From an uncultured Nitrososphaerota archaeon (GTDB lineage Archaea; Thermoproteota; Nitrososphaeria; Nitrososphaerales; Gagatemarchaeaceae), in the NCBI GenBank assembly GCA_963718895.1, contig CAVRAG010000004.1:96001-160000 (forward strand): DNA of 64,000 nt, read 5' to 3'. The notes beneath the pieces were generated by a model that worked only from the letters and a program-made list of their open reading frames with translations, was not told the origin of the DNA and made no database searches. Shown here piece by piece: positions 38,829 to 48,898 of the stretch. Position numbers and translations under genes: made by a program. How positions within the stretch are numbered: position 1 is the stretch's first letter; each line of letters opens with the position of its first letter.

Positions 38829-40092
38829 TCAGGCCTCCTCCGGAGGCTTGGACTTGCCGAAGAACGAGGGGAGAGCTGCGGAGGCGGCAACGTAGGCCAG
38901 GACGCCTATGACGAACGGGATCAGGAGGAGCCCCGCACCCAGGAGCTCGCCCCCTACAAACGTCCCGACCGTCGCGCCTACGCCCCAGGCTGTGAACGTG
39001 ATGGCTGTGGTGGTCGCCCTCTCTGCCTCCTCGACGACGCCCATCGTGTAGGAGAGGAGCATCGCCCAGCCCATCGCCTCGAGCAGGCTGCGCGCGACGA
39101 ACAGGCTGGCGGCTCCCTCGAAGGTCCCCGCGAAGGGCATGGCCGCCAGGAAGGCCGAGGCGCTGATGCCGCACATCGCGCTCGAGACCAGAATCCCTCG
39201 CCTGCTCACGAGCCTCGGGATTAGCGGAATCGCCAGTATCGAGACTGCGTTCGCCAGCCCGATCCAGAGGCCCACCTCGTCCTCCGAGACCCCGAACCTG
39301 AGCGCGAACCACGTGGGCAGAAGCTGAACGAGGACACCGAGCCCGACGCCGGTCAGTCCGAAGATGACAGAGAATCTCGCTATCCTCCCCCAGGAGGTCA
39401 CGGGAAGCCTGATCCGTACCCGATCGAGGCGCCGCCTGGCCACGTAGGGCAGGACGTCTGCAGGGACGTTCGCGTCCCTCCCGGAGATCCTCGACTCCTT
39501 GTAGAGCAGGAGAGGGACTACGGACACCACCATGAGCCCGGCCATGAGGAAGTAGGAGTTCGAGTGAGCAGTCATCGGGCTCTGCTTGAAGATGTACTCG
39601 AACGCGCTCGGGAGGACGCTCAGCACCGCGCCTATGCTGAGCGCGAGCGTCCACACACCCTGGGTGACTCCGAAGAAGGTCGTCCTCTTCTTGGCCGAGG
39701 TGGAGTTGGCGACCAGAGGGATGAACGCTGGGTTGACCAGGGCGAATGCGAAACCTCCTGCGAAGCCTATGCCGCCCAGGGCGCCTGCGAAGATCAGCCA
39801 GGCCGGGTTGAGCGTCAGGCCGAAGACGGCGAAGGAGAAGAAGGGTATCAGGCTCCCAACAATGACGAACCACTTCCTCCCGTAGCGGTCTGCGAGATAC
39901 CCGAACGGGATCGAGCGCGGCGGTGTTGGCGAGAGCGCTCGCAGCGTAGATGGCCCCTATGACAGACGGGTCGTAGCCGATCTCCGCAAGGTAGACCAGT
40001 GGGACGACATTCATGTAGCCGACTGGGATGGAGTTGACGAGGAGGTAGGAGATGAGCAGCTTCCCGTCTCTGGTGAGAAGCTTGTCTTCCAC
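38829..40092 (-). CDS. MFS transporter, frameshift near 39913
   Basis: multi-TM; shifted frame gives GYLADRYGRK (MFS motif A) and joins ORF 38829-39656. Confidence 0.85.
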
Positions 40093-40184
40093 GCTGCCTG
40101 ACGACTGGTCTCTGCTAATGTCGGCTCACGCTCGTCTGCCTCCTGCCTTCGTCCTCGCTCCACCATCCGAATAGGGAGGAACCT

Positions 40185-41006
40185 TCAGTCCATCTTCAGC
40201 ATCTTCCGGGTGAGGCTCCCGTACGCCCTCATCCAGTCGAGCAGGATCGAGACGTCGAAACCTATGCAGTAGTCCACGACGCCGAGGTCCGCGTACCGCT
40301 TGAGGGTCTTCTCGAACCCGGCCTGGCCCGTGGTGTAGTTCGACCCGAGTTCTGCGCGGGGATGCTTGTCGTACTTCAGGGAGAGCTTGATCGTTCGCTC
40401 CTCCGCCTCGCGCACCTTGGGACTGGAGAACTCGCCGGCTAGGCCGATGGACATGGCGTAGTCGCACGGGCCGAACTGGATCATGTCGACGTCGGTCATG
40501 TTCAGGACCTCCTCGAGCTTGTCGTAGAGAGGCTTCTTCTCGATCATCATGGCGATGACCACGTCCTTCGCATAGCGGACGAAGTTCTTGCTCCCGTTCT
40601 CTATCGAGTATCCTTCGATCCTGTGCATCCAGCAGCCGTTCATCCCCTCGGGTTCTGGCCTGACGGCCTTGAGGGCACCCTGGACCTCTTCGGTGGTCCT
40701 GAAGTCGGCGAACATCACGTTCTGGAATCCGGCCCCTATCGCCCTCTGGGCGAGGAAGTAGTTCGGGACGGGGTCGATCTTGATCATGGTCGACATGTCG
40801 TAGAGCTCGGACGCCCTCGCGAGGTTCTCGAGCGCGTAGAGGTCGAAGGGGGCGTAGACGCTGCTGAACTCGACGTAGTCCATCATCTCCGAGTTCCCGA
40901 CCACCTCCATTATTCCGGGCCACGAGCTGTGGATATGGGTGCCCAAAGTCGGCTTTCCCTGCTTGAGAAGCTCCCTGAGCTTGTTCTTCCTTAGGATTGG
41001 TGCCAT
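40185..41006 (-). CDS. HpcH/HpaI aldolase family protein, divergent
   Basis: NKLRELL..GKPTLG, MMIEK, FGPCDYAMSIG. Confidence 0.85.
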   Translation of the reverse strand: MAPILRKNKLRELLKQGKPTLGTHIHSSWPGIMEVVGNSEMMDYVEFSSVYAPFDLYALENLARASELYDMSTMIKIDPVPNYFLAQRAIGAGFQNVMFADFRTTEEVQGALKAVRPEPEGMNGCWMHRIEGYSIENGSKNFVRYAKDVVIAMMIEKKPLYDKLEEVLNMTDVDMIQFGPCDYAMSIGLAGEFSSPKVREAEERTIKLSLKYDKHPRAELGSNYTTGQAGFEKTLKRYADLGVVDYCIGFDVSILLDWMRAYGSLTRKMLKMD

Positions 41007-41083
41007 GATTCTGCGGGAGGAGGCGAGTTTGCGTTATAAGCATTGGAGCCTTCGCCGCTTAAGTACCCGGAGGCTCCCTATGG

Positions 41084-41860
41084 ATGCGAATGGACCTCCG
41101 AAGATATGATGGAAAGACCGTCCTGGTTACAGGGGCAGGGTACGGCATCGGACGGGCAATCGCTCTCCGCTTCGGGAAGGAAGGGGCGAGGGTCGGCGTG
41201 CTCGATCTTGACGCTGAGACCGCGAACGAGACCGTGCGGCTGATAGCGTCTGCGGGCGGCGTCGCGCACGCGGTTCGCGCCGACGTCTCAAAGTCCGATG
41301 ATGTGAGGAGGGCCGTCGACGAGGTTGTTTCCAAGCTCGGACCAATCGATGTTCTTGTCAACAACGCCGGGATCAGGTACGTCAGGAAGGTCCTGGAGAT
41401 GACGGATGAGGAGTGGAACAGGACGATCTCGGTAAACCTGACCGGGATGTTCTACACGACCAAGGCTGTCGCGCCGCAGATGCTGGCGAGGGGTGGCGGC
41501 AAGGTCGTGAACGTGGGGTCCATGAGCGGGCTCATAGGGCAGCTCGGGCGGGCGGCCTACGGCGCCTCGAAGGGAGGGGTGCTGCAGTTGACCCGTTCAT
41601 TGGCCGTGGAGCTGGGCCCGACCATAAACGTGAACGCTGTCGCTCCGGGCTACATAGCGGGGACGGCCATGATGAGGGAGGTGGACAAGGACACCAAGGG
41701 CGTCGAATGGATGGTCGCAAGCACCCTCACCCGTCGGGCGGGCACACCGGAGGACGTCGCCGGGGCGGCAGCGTTCTTGGCCTCCGAGGACGCGTCCTTC
41801 ATCACAGGCGCCACGCTCCTAGTCGACGGCGGCTTCAGCGCGGCAAGGTTCATGGTCTAA
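41084..41860 (+). CDS. short-chain dehydrogenase/reductase
   Basis: TGAGYGIG, NNAG, YGASK, VNAVAPG, VDGG. Confidence 0.95.
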   Translation: MRMDLRRYDGKTVLVTGAGYGIGRAIALRFGKEGARVGVLDLDAETANETVRLIASAGGVAHAVRADVSKSDDVRRAVDEVVSKLGPIDVLVNNAGIRYVRKVLEMTDEEWNRTISVNLTGMFYTTKAVAPQMLARGGGKVVNVGSMSGLIGQLGRAAYGASKGGVLQLTRSLAVELGPTINVNAVAPGYIAGTAMMREVDKDTKGVEWMVASTLTRRAGTPEDVAGAAAFLASEDASFITGATLLVDGGFSAARFMV

Positions 41861-41973
41861 GATGGGACCGACTTGACCTGGGAGGCTTCGGAGCTCGCGA
41901 GAACCTCTTCATCTTCCGCTGCGCGTCGCGGAGCTCGTCTCGCACAAACCTAGGATGCTCCAGTCCATTTCAA

Positions 41974-42801
41974 TCACTGGGCGCTGAGCGCCTTTCTCCC
42001 TGCGAGGTAGCCAATCAAGCCGAAGACGATGCAGAACCCGACGAGGTACAGGATATCGCCCGAGAACGTCGAGACTTGACTGCTCGAAAGGTTGCCGTTG
42101 ATGATAAGCACCCTCGCTGCCTCGTTGGCCTTCGAGATCGGGTTCACACCGGCGATGTCCTTCAACCAAGTCGGGAAGGAGGTGGAGGGAAAGAGGGCGT
42201 TGCTCATGAAGATCAGAGGTAGAGTCAGGAAGTTGACTATCGCCACGAGGGAGTCGATGCTCTTGAGACTTAGGGCTATTGCGGTGAACACTGAGGACAG
42301 CCCGAGACCGAGCAGGCCGAAGGCGAAGAAGACCCCGAGGAAATCGACGACCCCGAAGCCCGACGGGAGCTCCAGGCCGTTGGGGATGACCAGCGCTATC
42401 GCGAATGTCAGGAGCGCCAGGAACATGGCCTTCACGAGGTTCTGCACCACTCCTGAGAGAAATATTGCTGCTCTCGGTATGGGCGCAGTCAAGAGCGTGC
42501 TGAGGAAACCGAGCTGCCTGTCGAGGACGAGGTCTATGCCGCCGAAGGCCATGTTGAAGACCAGAATGAGGCATATCACTCCGGCGGTCAGGTACGTGAT
42601 GTAGTTTGGTGCACCGCCGAAGGACTGCTGGATGGCCGAAGTGCCGCCGACCCCTGAGGATATGAGGTTGGTCGGGTTGAACGAGCTCCCGAAGAGGACG
42701 ATGTAGAAGATTGCGGTGACGAGTCCGGGCACTACCGCGGCCGGGTTCCTGATCCACTTCTTGAGAGCTCTGGCAGAGAGAACGAGAGTCTCGTCGATCA
42801 T
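41974..42801 (-). CDS. ABC-2 permease (DrrB-like)
   Basis: DRQLGFL...AP, LPLIFMSNALFP, NP. Confidence 0.9.
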   Translation of the reverse strand: MIDETLVLSARALKKWIRNPAAVVPGLVTAIFYIVLFGSSFNPTNLISSGVGGTSAIQQSFGGAPNYITYLTAGVICLILVFNMAFGGIDLVLDRQLGFLSTLLTAPIPRAAIFLSGVVQNLVKAMFLALLTFAIALVIPNGLELPSGFGVVDFLGVFFAFGLLGLGLSSVFTAIALSLKSIDSLVAIVNFLTLPLIFMSNALFPSTSFPTWLKDIAGVNPISKANEAARVLIINGNLSSSQVSTFSGDILYLVGFCIVFGLIGYLAGRKALSAQ

Positions 42802-42807
42802 TTCGGT

Positions 42808-43806
42808 CTACCTCGCTCTCTCCATCATGAAGTTCTGGGTCACCGAGTCGCTCTCCGACGCGTCCTCGTCGCGCATGGACTTACCAGTGACTTCGAGGAA
42901 GACCTGGTCCAGGGTGGGCTTGGTGAAGGAGATCTCCTTGATTTGCATGTTCTTCTTAATCACCCCCTCCACGATGACGGGGAGTGCCTCCTCGGTTCTG
43001 GGGAGCTTCATCCGGTATATCTGGCCCGTCTTGGTGACCTCCGAGACGTCAGGTATGCCCTTGAAGAAGTCCGTCAGGTCGATGGGGCTCTCGGCGAGAT
43101 CCAGGGTCAGAATGTCGCCTCCGAGCCTTTGCTTCAGCTCTGAGGGAGAGCCGGAGACCTTGATGACCCCCTTGTCGACTATCGCTATCCGCTTGCAGAG
43201 CGAGTCAGCCTCTTCGAGATAGTGGGTGGTCATGAACACGGTGAGACCGCGCTCCCGGTTGAGTTGGGCGATGTAATCCCACATCTTCTTCCTCGTCTGG
43301 ATGTCGAGACCCAGAGTCGGTTCGTCGAGGAAGAGCACCTTCGGCATGTGGACGAGGCCCATGGCGAGCTGCAGACGTCTCCTCATTCCGCCCGAGTACG
43401 TCTTGACCTTACGATCCGCCGCGCCTTCAAGGTCCACGAGCCTGAGAAGCTCTTGCGACCTCTTGCGGGCTTCGCCCCCCTTTACGTGGTGAAGGTTTGC
43501 TGCCAGCATGATGTTCTCGACCCCTTTGAGCTCATCATCGGCGGTGAGCTCCTGCGGAACCACCCCGATGCTGTCTCGCACCGCGCCGGGCTCCTTCTGC
43601 ACGTCGTGGCCGTCCACGAAGGCCCGGCCCTCCGTGATGGTGGCCAAAGTATTGAGCATTTTGATGGTAGTCGTCTTCCCTGCTCCGTTAGGGCCGAGGA
43701 ACCCGAAGATCTCTCCCTCTTCGACATAGAACGAGATATGGTCGACCGCCTTCACCTTCCCCTTGTAGACCTTTGTCAGGTTCTCTGCCTCGATTATCTT
43801 GGTCAT
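42808..43806 (-). CDS. ABC exporter ATP-binding subunit (DrrA-like)
   Basis: GPNGAGKT, YSGGMRRRL, FLDEPT, TTHY, PTLDQVF. Confidence 0.95.
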   Translation of the reverse strand: MTKIIEAENLTKVYKGKVKAVDHISFYVEEGEIFGFLGPNGAGKTTTIKMLNTLATITEGRAFVDGHDVQKEPGAVRDSIGVVPQELTADDELKGVENIMLAANLHHVKGGEARKRSQELLRLVDLEGAADRKVKTYSGGMRRRLQLAMGLVHMPKVLFLDEPTLGLDIQTRKKMWDYIAQLNRERGLTVFMTTHYLEEADSLCKRIAIVDKGVIKVSGSPSELKQRLGGDILTLDLAESPIDLTDFFKGIPDVSEVTKTGQIYRMKLPRTEEALPVIVEGVIKKNMQIKEISFTKPTLDQVFLEVTGKSMRDEDASESDSVTQNFMMERAR

Positions 43807-43931
43807 GCTGAATGGTAGGGCAGAGTGGGCTGCGCATAAAAAGACGGCTCACCACGAGTAATCACCTGACGTAAGCTACAGCGGTGCGCTGGGAGTTCGG
43901 TTATTAGGCCGCAGATGGCGCGGTCTCAGGG

Positions 43932-44972
43932 TTGAAAACCTCTCACAGCGTCATCTACGGAGACGCCAAGAGCGTGCTCGCCGGGATGCCCTCTTCAACC
44001 GTCGACCTCGTGGTCACATCGCCCCCCTATCCGATGATCGAGATGTGGGACGAGACGTTCTCGGGGCAGAGCCCGCCCATCGGCGAGCGCTTGATTGGGC
44101 GCGACGGTGACGGCGCGTTCGAGCTGATGCACCAGGAGCTGGACCCGGTCTGGGTAGAGGTCTTCCGACTCCTCCGCCCCGGAGGAATCGCGTGCATCAA
44201 CGTCGGCGATGCGACGAGGAAGATGGATGACTCGTTCAGGGTCTTTCCTAATCACGCGAGGGTCCTGATGTCGTGTCTGGGGCTCGGGCTCGAAGCGCTG
44301 CCAGAGATACTCTGGCGGAAGGAGTCGAACAAGCCTACGAAGTTCATGGGTTCTGGTATGCTCCCGGGAGCCGCGTACGTGACTCAGGAGCACGAATACA
44401 TCCTCGTGCTGCGAAAGCGAGGCGAACGGCCCTCAAGTACCCCGCGTCGACGACTGGCGCGACAAAGGAGCGCGTTCTTCTGGGAGGAGCGCAACGTGTG
44501 GTTCCGCGACATCTGGGAGAACCTTCAGGGGGACCGACAGCGCCTCGATGTCAAGGGCGCGCGGAATCGGAGCGCCTCCTTTCCCTTCGAGCTTCCGTAC
44601 AGGCTGATCTCGATGTTCTCAGTGCAGAACGACCTCGTCCTTGACCCCTTCGTGGGGACTGGAACCACGATGGTTGCTGCGATGGCCGCCGGGAGGAACA
44701 GCGTCGGGATAGAGCTGGATTCGCGTCTCAAAGGCCTCCTGGAGGAGAAGGTGACGGGGAGCATTGCCGCTTCAAACTCGTTCAACGAACGGAGGGTCTC
44801 GGATCACAGGGCGTTCGTCGAGAGGATGAGGAAGGCGGGTCGGGAGCTCAAGCACGCGAACCAGTTCTACGGGTTCCCCGTGATGACCAGCCAGGAGACG
44901 CAGGTGCGCATTCCTCTTCTGAGGGACGTGGAACGAAAGGACGACGGCGTCTTCGTGGCCACCTACCGATGA
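43932..44972 (+). CDS. orphan beta-class N4-cytosine DNA methyltransferase (M.MthZI/Zim-like, possibly CTAG)
   Basis: VTSPPYPMIEMWD precedes DPFVGTGTT; NVGDATR, KFMGSG and FWEERN motifs recalled from the MthZI family. Confidence 0.85.
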   Translation: MKTSHSVIYGDAKSVLAGMPSSTVDLVVTSPPYPMIEMWDETFSGQSPPIGERLIGRDGDGAFELMHQELDPVWVEVFRLLRPGGIACINVGDATRKMDDSFRVFPNHARVLMSCLGLGLEALPEILWRKESNKPTKFMGSGMLPGAAYVTQEHEYILVLRKRGERPSSTPRRRLARQRSAFFWEERNVWFRDIWENLQGDRQRLDVKGARNRSASFPFELPYRLISMFSVQNDLVLDPFVGTGTTMVAAMAAGRNSVGIELDSRLKGLLEEKVTGSIAASNSFNERRVSDHRAFVERMRKAGRELKHANQFYGFPVMTSQETQVRIPLLRDVERKDDGVFVATYR

Positions 44973-45003
44973 GGGACGACGGAACGGACAGCTCGGACAG
45001 GAG

Positions 45004-46608
45004 TTACAGGTCCTCTCTCTTTCTGATGGAATCGCCGGCCGCGTTAAGAAGCCTGACCAGGACCGCGTAGGTGTAGGCCATCGAGACAGCGACCAGGACG
45101 ATCGCGACCGGAGCCAGGGACCCGCCGAACGGGCCGAGCCAGAGCCCCGCGCTGACGACCAGGCCCATGAGCGGCGCGACCAGGCCGAGGTTGATCGCCG
45201 TCTGGTAGATGAAACGTCTGATGTCGGTCAGGTCCTGCGCCTGGGACGACAGTATGTCGTCGGTTGTGCTCTGTCCGTACCTCGATGCGAAGTACATTCC
45301 TCCGCCCATCGTTATCGCTGCCACCTCCAGCGCGCCAGGGAGAGCAAGGATGATGCTGAGGAGCGAGCCTGCCCTCCCAATCTCGCTTACTATGAGCGGA
45401 ACGCCGACGGCCACCGTGACGGGGGTCAGGACGAGAAGGAGCGGGGTGACCCTGGCGCGATAGACCTGCTTGACGTACAGTCGCAGGTCCAGGTCAGAGG
45501 TCTTTATGATCCAGAGCCTCTCCTTCTCCAGCCACCTTGTCGCCGTACCGGCACCGAACGAGCCTAGGATGAATAGGATGAAGAGGAAGGACGTCGGCGA
45601 GGACTGGAAGACCCCCGACAGGGAGTAGATGACCATGAAGCCGGACAGGAAGAGCGCGTTGAGCAGGAGCGCCCTCCTCTCCTTCGTCCGTTCCATCACC
45701 AGCCTCTCCTTCTGCCTGACGACCGACCAGACCGACCTCCCGGTCGTGTCCAGCCGGGCGGTCACCCTGCCCAGCTCGTCCCTGGGTCCGCCCGAATCCA
45801 TCACCTGCAAGACTTCGTAGAAGTGGTTCCTGGACATTCGAAATCCGAGGACGAGGAATGCGGAGAACCATGCGAGGAGGATCAGCAGGTCGAGAGCCTG
45901 GACGGCGCCGAACGTCGTACCGTTCACGAACCCCACGCTTAGCCCGGCCGCGAGCCCGCTCGGGAGGACCTGGGTGAGGGACCCGACGATGGGCGGGGCC
46001 CCAGGGATCAGGAGAGCTATCGGGACCAGGCTTAGCCCCACTATGAGGATTACCAAGGCGTTCCTGAGGAGCGCTATTCTCGGCGCTATGCTGGTCCCCA
46101 GCGAGAGCGTGATGTCGGCGCTCAGGAGAAGCCCCATGACGAGGAAGACGAGCGTCACCAGCCCCGCCGGGACGGCGTAGAGCAGCGGGGTCCCGTAGGA
46201 GATCGAGAACCTGAAGTAGAGAGCGAGTACCGGCGGAAACGATAGGAGGACCGTCGTGAACGAGTTCATCAAGACCTTGGCTGCGAAGACCTCGCGCGGC
46301 CTCACCGGAGACGTGAAGACGTAGTCCACGTCAGCCGACCTGACCGGCAGACCGCTCCCGTTGAACCCGCTCTGTATCAGGCCCACGAGGAAGAGCGCGA
46401 GCAACAGGCTCAGGCCCACGTCGGAGAGCCCGGTGCCCAGGCTGAACCGGTTCGAGAACGAGAGAAAGGTCGAGCCGACGAAGAGGACCGCGACTATGGA
46501 GAAACCCTCCCCGAGGAGGATGGCGAGCGCGGCCGCCCTGGTGAACCTGCCCTTGATCCAGTATCGGACCAGGAGCGCCACAATCCTCCAAGAGCCCAGG
46601 AACCTCAT
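45004..46608 (-). CDS. putative ABC exporter permease
   Basis: about 12 TM segments, DVDYVFTSPV motif, adjacent ATPase. Confidence 0.8.
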   Translation of the reverse strand: MRFLGSWRIVALLVRYWIKGRFTRAAALAILLGEGFSIVAVLFVGSTFLSFSNRFSLGTGLSDVGLSLLLALFLVGLIQSGFNGSGLPVRSADVDYVFTSPVRPREVFAAKVLMNSFTTVLLSFPPVLALYFRFSISYGTPLLYAVPAGLVTLVFLVMGLLLSADITLSLGTSIAPRIALLRNALVILIVGLSLVPIALLIPGAPPIVGSLTQVLPSGLAAGLSVGFVNGTTFGAVQALDLLILLAWFSAFLVLGFRMSRNHFYEVLQVMDSGGPRDELGRVTARLDTTGRSVWSVVRQKERLVMERTKERRALLLNALFLSGFMVIYSLSGVFQSSPTSFLFILFILGSFGAGTATRWLEKERLWIIKTSDLDLRLYVKQVYRARVTPLLLVLTPVTVAVGVPLIVSEIGRAGSLLSIILALPGALEVAAITMGGGMYFASRYGQSTTDDILSSQAQDLTDIRRFIYQTAINLGLVAPLMGLVVSAGLWLGPFGGSLAPVAIVLVAVSMAYTYAVLVRLLNAAGDSIRKREDL

Positions 46609-46622
46609 GCCGATGCCCTCGC

Positions 46623-47360
46623 TCAGCCGGACTCCTCGGTTAGCTTGAGGAAGACCTCGTCGAGCCTCGCGTCCTTGCCTGCGTCGGCCATCTTCCTGAG
46701 CGTCTGGAGGTCTCCGACCGCGATTATCGACCCCCTGTCGATTATGGCGATCTGCGTGGCGTAGTCCTGGACTATGTCGAGGTTGTGCGTCGAGAGGAGC
46801 ACAGTCTTGCCGCGCATCCCCTGTGAAAGGATCCAGCCGTTCACGAAGATCTGGGTCTTGGGGTCGAGCGCCGTGAGCGGCTCGTCCATGACCAGGACCT
46901 GGGGGTCGTGGATGCCCGCGGCTATCAGGGCGACCTTCTGCTTCATCCCCTTGGAGAGACTCCCGAGCAGCGCGTCGGCCTTCTCTTCCAGCGAGAAGGT
47001 CTTGAGCGACTCCGAGATCTTCTCCTCGAGCGGGGCGTCCTCGACCGCCCTGATCTTCCCGACGAACCTCAGGAACTCGCTGACCGTGAGGCCGGTGTAG
47101 AGGGAGGGGTTCTCGGGGAGGTAGCCCACGGCCTTCTTTGCGTTCTCCGGGTCCTTCACGATGTCGTAACCGCCCACGCTGACGGAACCGCTCGTGGGTC
47201 TGAGGATGCCCACCACTATCTTCATCAGGGTGCTCTTCCCCGCGCCGTTTGGTCCGAGCAGCCCGATGACCTCCCCGGAACGGACCCGGAGTGAGACGTC
47301 GTTCAGCGCGACGAGCTTGTCGTACGTCTTGGTGAGGTTCTCAATGACTATGCCGTCCAT
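46623..47360 (-). CDS. ABC transporter ATP-binding protein
   Basis: GPNGAGKS, LSKGMKQ, MDEP, STH. Confidence 0.95.
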   Translation of the reverse strand: MDGIVIENLTKTYDKLVALNDVSLRVRSGEVIGLLGPNGAGKSTLMKIVVGILRPTSGSVSVGGYDIVKDPENAKKAVGYLPENPSLYTGLTVSEFLRFVGKIRAVEDAPLEEKISESLKTFSLEEKADALLGSLSKGMKQKVALIAAGIHDPQVLVMDEPLTALDPKTQIFVNGWILSQGMRGKTVLLSTHNLDIVQDYATQIAIIDRGSIIAVGDLQTLRKMADAGKDARLDEVFLKLTEESG

Positions 47361-47420
47361 GATGACCGGGTGCCCCCTCGCCGCGACTATCCGCCCTATG
47401 AAGTTAGCACATGGGCCGGC

Positions 47421-48335
47421 CTAGGACTCGAAGACGATGGCGAGGTCGTCGGGGTCCCTGATGGTCAGGGTGCGGCCGGTCCGGCTGAACTCCGGGAATC
47501 TCTCCGAGACGGCTGCCAGGTCGTCGGCGCTCGGGAGCTTGATCCTGAACTCCTCCAGACCTGTCTCCCCCCGCCTGTGCGGCGCTCCTCCCTTGCTGTG
47601 CCATGTGTTCAGCCCGAGGTGATGGTGGTATCCGCCCACGGAGAGGAAGGCCGCCCCGATCTCCGGGAAGTACATCGTGATATCGAACCCCAGCCTCGAG
47701 TGATAGAACTCCACGGATTTCTGCAGATTCGTGACCCTTAGGTGCATGTGCCCTATCCCTGCCCCGTGTGGGAACGGGACGGGGTTGGTCCTCTCTCCTG
47801 CTGTGAGTTCCTTCAGCAAGGAATCCAGGTCGAGCGGGCCGTTCAGCGAAGCGAACCGCTGATACCCTCTCGCTCCGCCGGTCATACCGTCCCAGTGCGG
47901 CCACGAACTCCGGGGCCTGTCCGCGTAGAACTCTATCCCGTTGTGCTCTGCGTCATGAAGGTAGATGGCCTCGCTGAAGGTGTGGTCGGCGTATCCCTCG
48001 TAGGCCACGCCCGAGTTGCCGACGGCGAGGAACGTCGATGCTAGGTCCTTCCTCTCCGGAACCAGGACCGCATAGTGGTAGAGCCCCGCAGAGTCGTGGG
48101 GAGGCCTCGTCGCCCTCGGGTCGTTCTTGAGAACCAAGAGAGGCTCGGCCTTCTGCATGAAGCCCAGTCCGATGGCTTCGAGACCGTCGGGGCCCGTCCT
48201 CCTCTCCTTTACTTGGAGCCCGACGTCCTTCTCGTAGAAGCCGAGCATGCGGTCTAGTTCGCGGACCCTCAGAGTGGGCGGCCCGAGCTTCAGCGCGCTC
48301 GCCAGCTTGAGAGGCACGCCTCTCTGCGCGCTCAC
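47421..48335 (-). CDS. VOC family protein, CatE-like dioxygenase/glyoxalase
   Basis: GLYHYA, DH..SEAIY, IGHMHLRV, GGYHHHLGLNTW. Confidence 0.9.
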   Translation of the reverse strand: MSAQRGVPLKLASALKLGPPTLRVRELDRMLGFYEKDVGLQVKERRTGPDGLEAIGLGFMQKAEPLLVLKNDPRATRPPHDSAGLYHYAVLVPERKDLASTFLAVGNSGVAYEGYADHTFSEAIYLHDAEHNGIEFYADRPRSSWPHWDGMTGGARGYQRFASLNGPLDLDSLLKELTAGERTNPVPFPHGAGIGHMHLRVTNLQKSVEFYHSRLGFDITMYFPEIGAAFLSVGGYHHHLGLNTWHSKGGAPHRRGETGLEEFRIKLPSADDLAAVSERFPEFSRTGRTLTIRDPDDLAIVFES

Positions 48336-48416
48336 GGATTCCGTGATCTCATCCCCGACCCGCTGGATACCCGGCTCGACCCTGCGATGATGGTCATCTG
48401 TCTTCAGAATACGTCA

Positions 48417-48456
48417 GTATTGGGAGCCCAATATAAATATATCGCACGTCCAATAT
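48417..48456. promoter_or_regulatory. two tandem palindromes RTATYG-N6-CAATAT around a TATA box; putative PadR operators
   Basis: GTATTG-GGAGCC-CAATAT (48417-48434) and ATATCG-CACGTC-CAATAT (48439-48456), 22-bp period, TATAAATA at the junction. Confidence 0.55.
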
Positions 48457-48498
48457 GTTTATATTTTGAGGCGCGATCTCATATCGCGGGGCTAGAGA

Positions 48499-48840
48499 GT
48501 GGAGAAGGAGGAGTGCGTAGACGCCGGTATGTGCGACATGAGGGGAATGCTTTCCTTCATGATACTCTGGATGCTCTCAAGCCGACCGATGAACGGGCAG
48601 ATGCTCGCCGGCGAAATCGGGAAGCGCAGGGGAGACAAGCCGAACCCCGGTACCATATACCCTGCCCTCAAGGAGCTCTCGAACCGCAATCTGATCAAGG
48701 GCCACGCTGAAGGGAGGACCATCGTCTACGTGCTCACGGAGACCGGCCGATTGCGCCTTGCGAGATCGCTGGAGTACTTCGAGAGGGTCTTCGGGGAGAT
48801 TCTCCAAGAGCAGAGCAGCAGCCGGGCCATCAAGGCCTAG
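48499..48840 (+). CDS. PadR family regulator
   Basis: RGMLSFMIL, PNPGTIYPALKEL, YVLTETG. Confidence 0.92.
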   Translation: MEKEECVDAGMCDMRGMLSFMILWMLSSRPMNGQMLAGEIGKRRGDKPNPGTIYPALKELSNRNLIKGHAEGRTIVYVLTETGRLRLARSLEYFERVFGEILQEQSSSRAIKA

Positions 48841-48898
48841 GGACTGTTTCCGTAGCGCCACGAAGCATTTTATACCGCGCGGACCCGATTTTCGCCCG

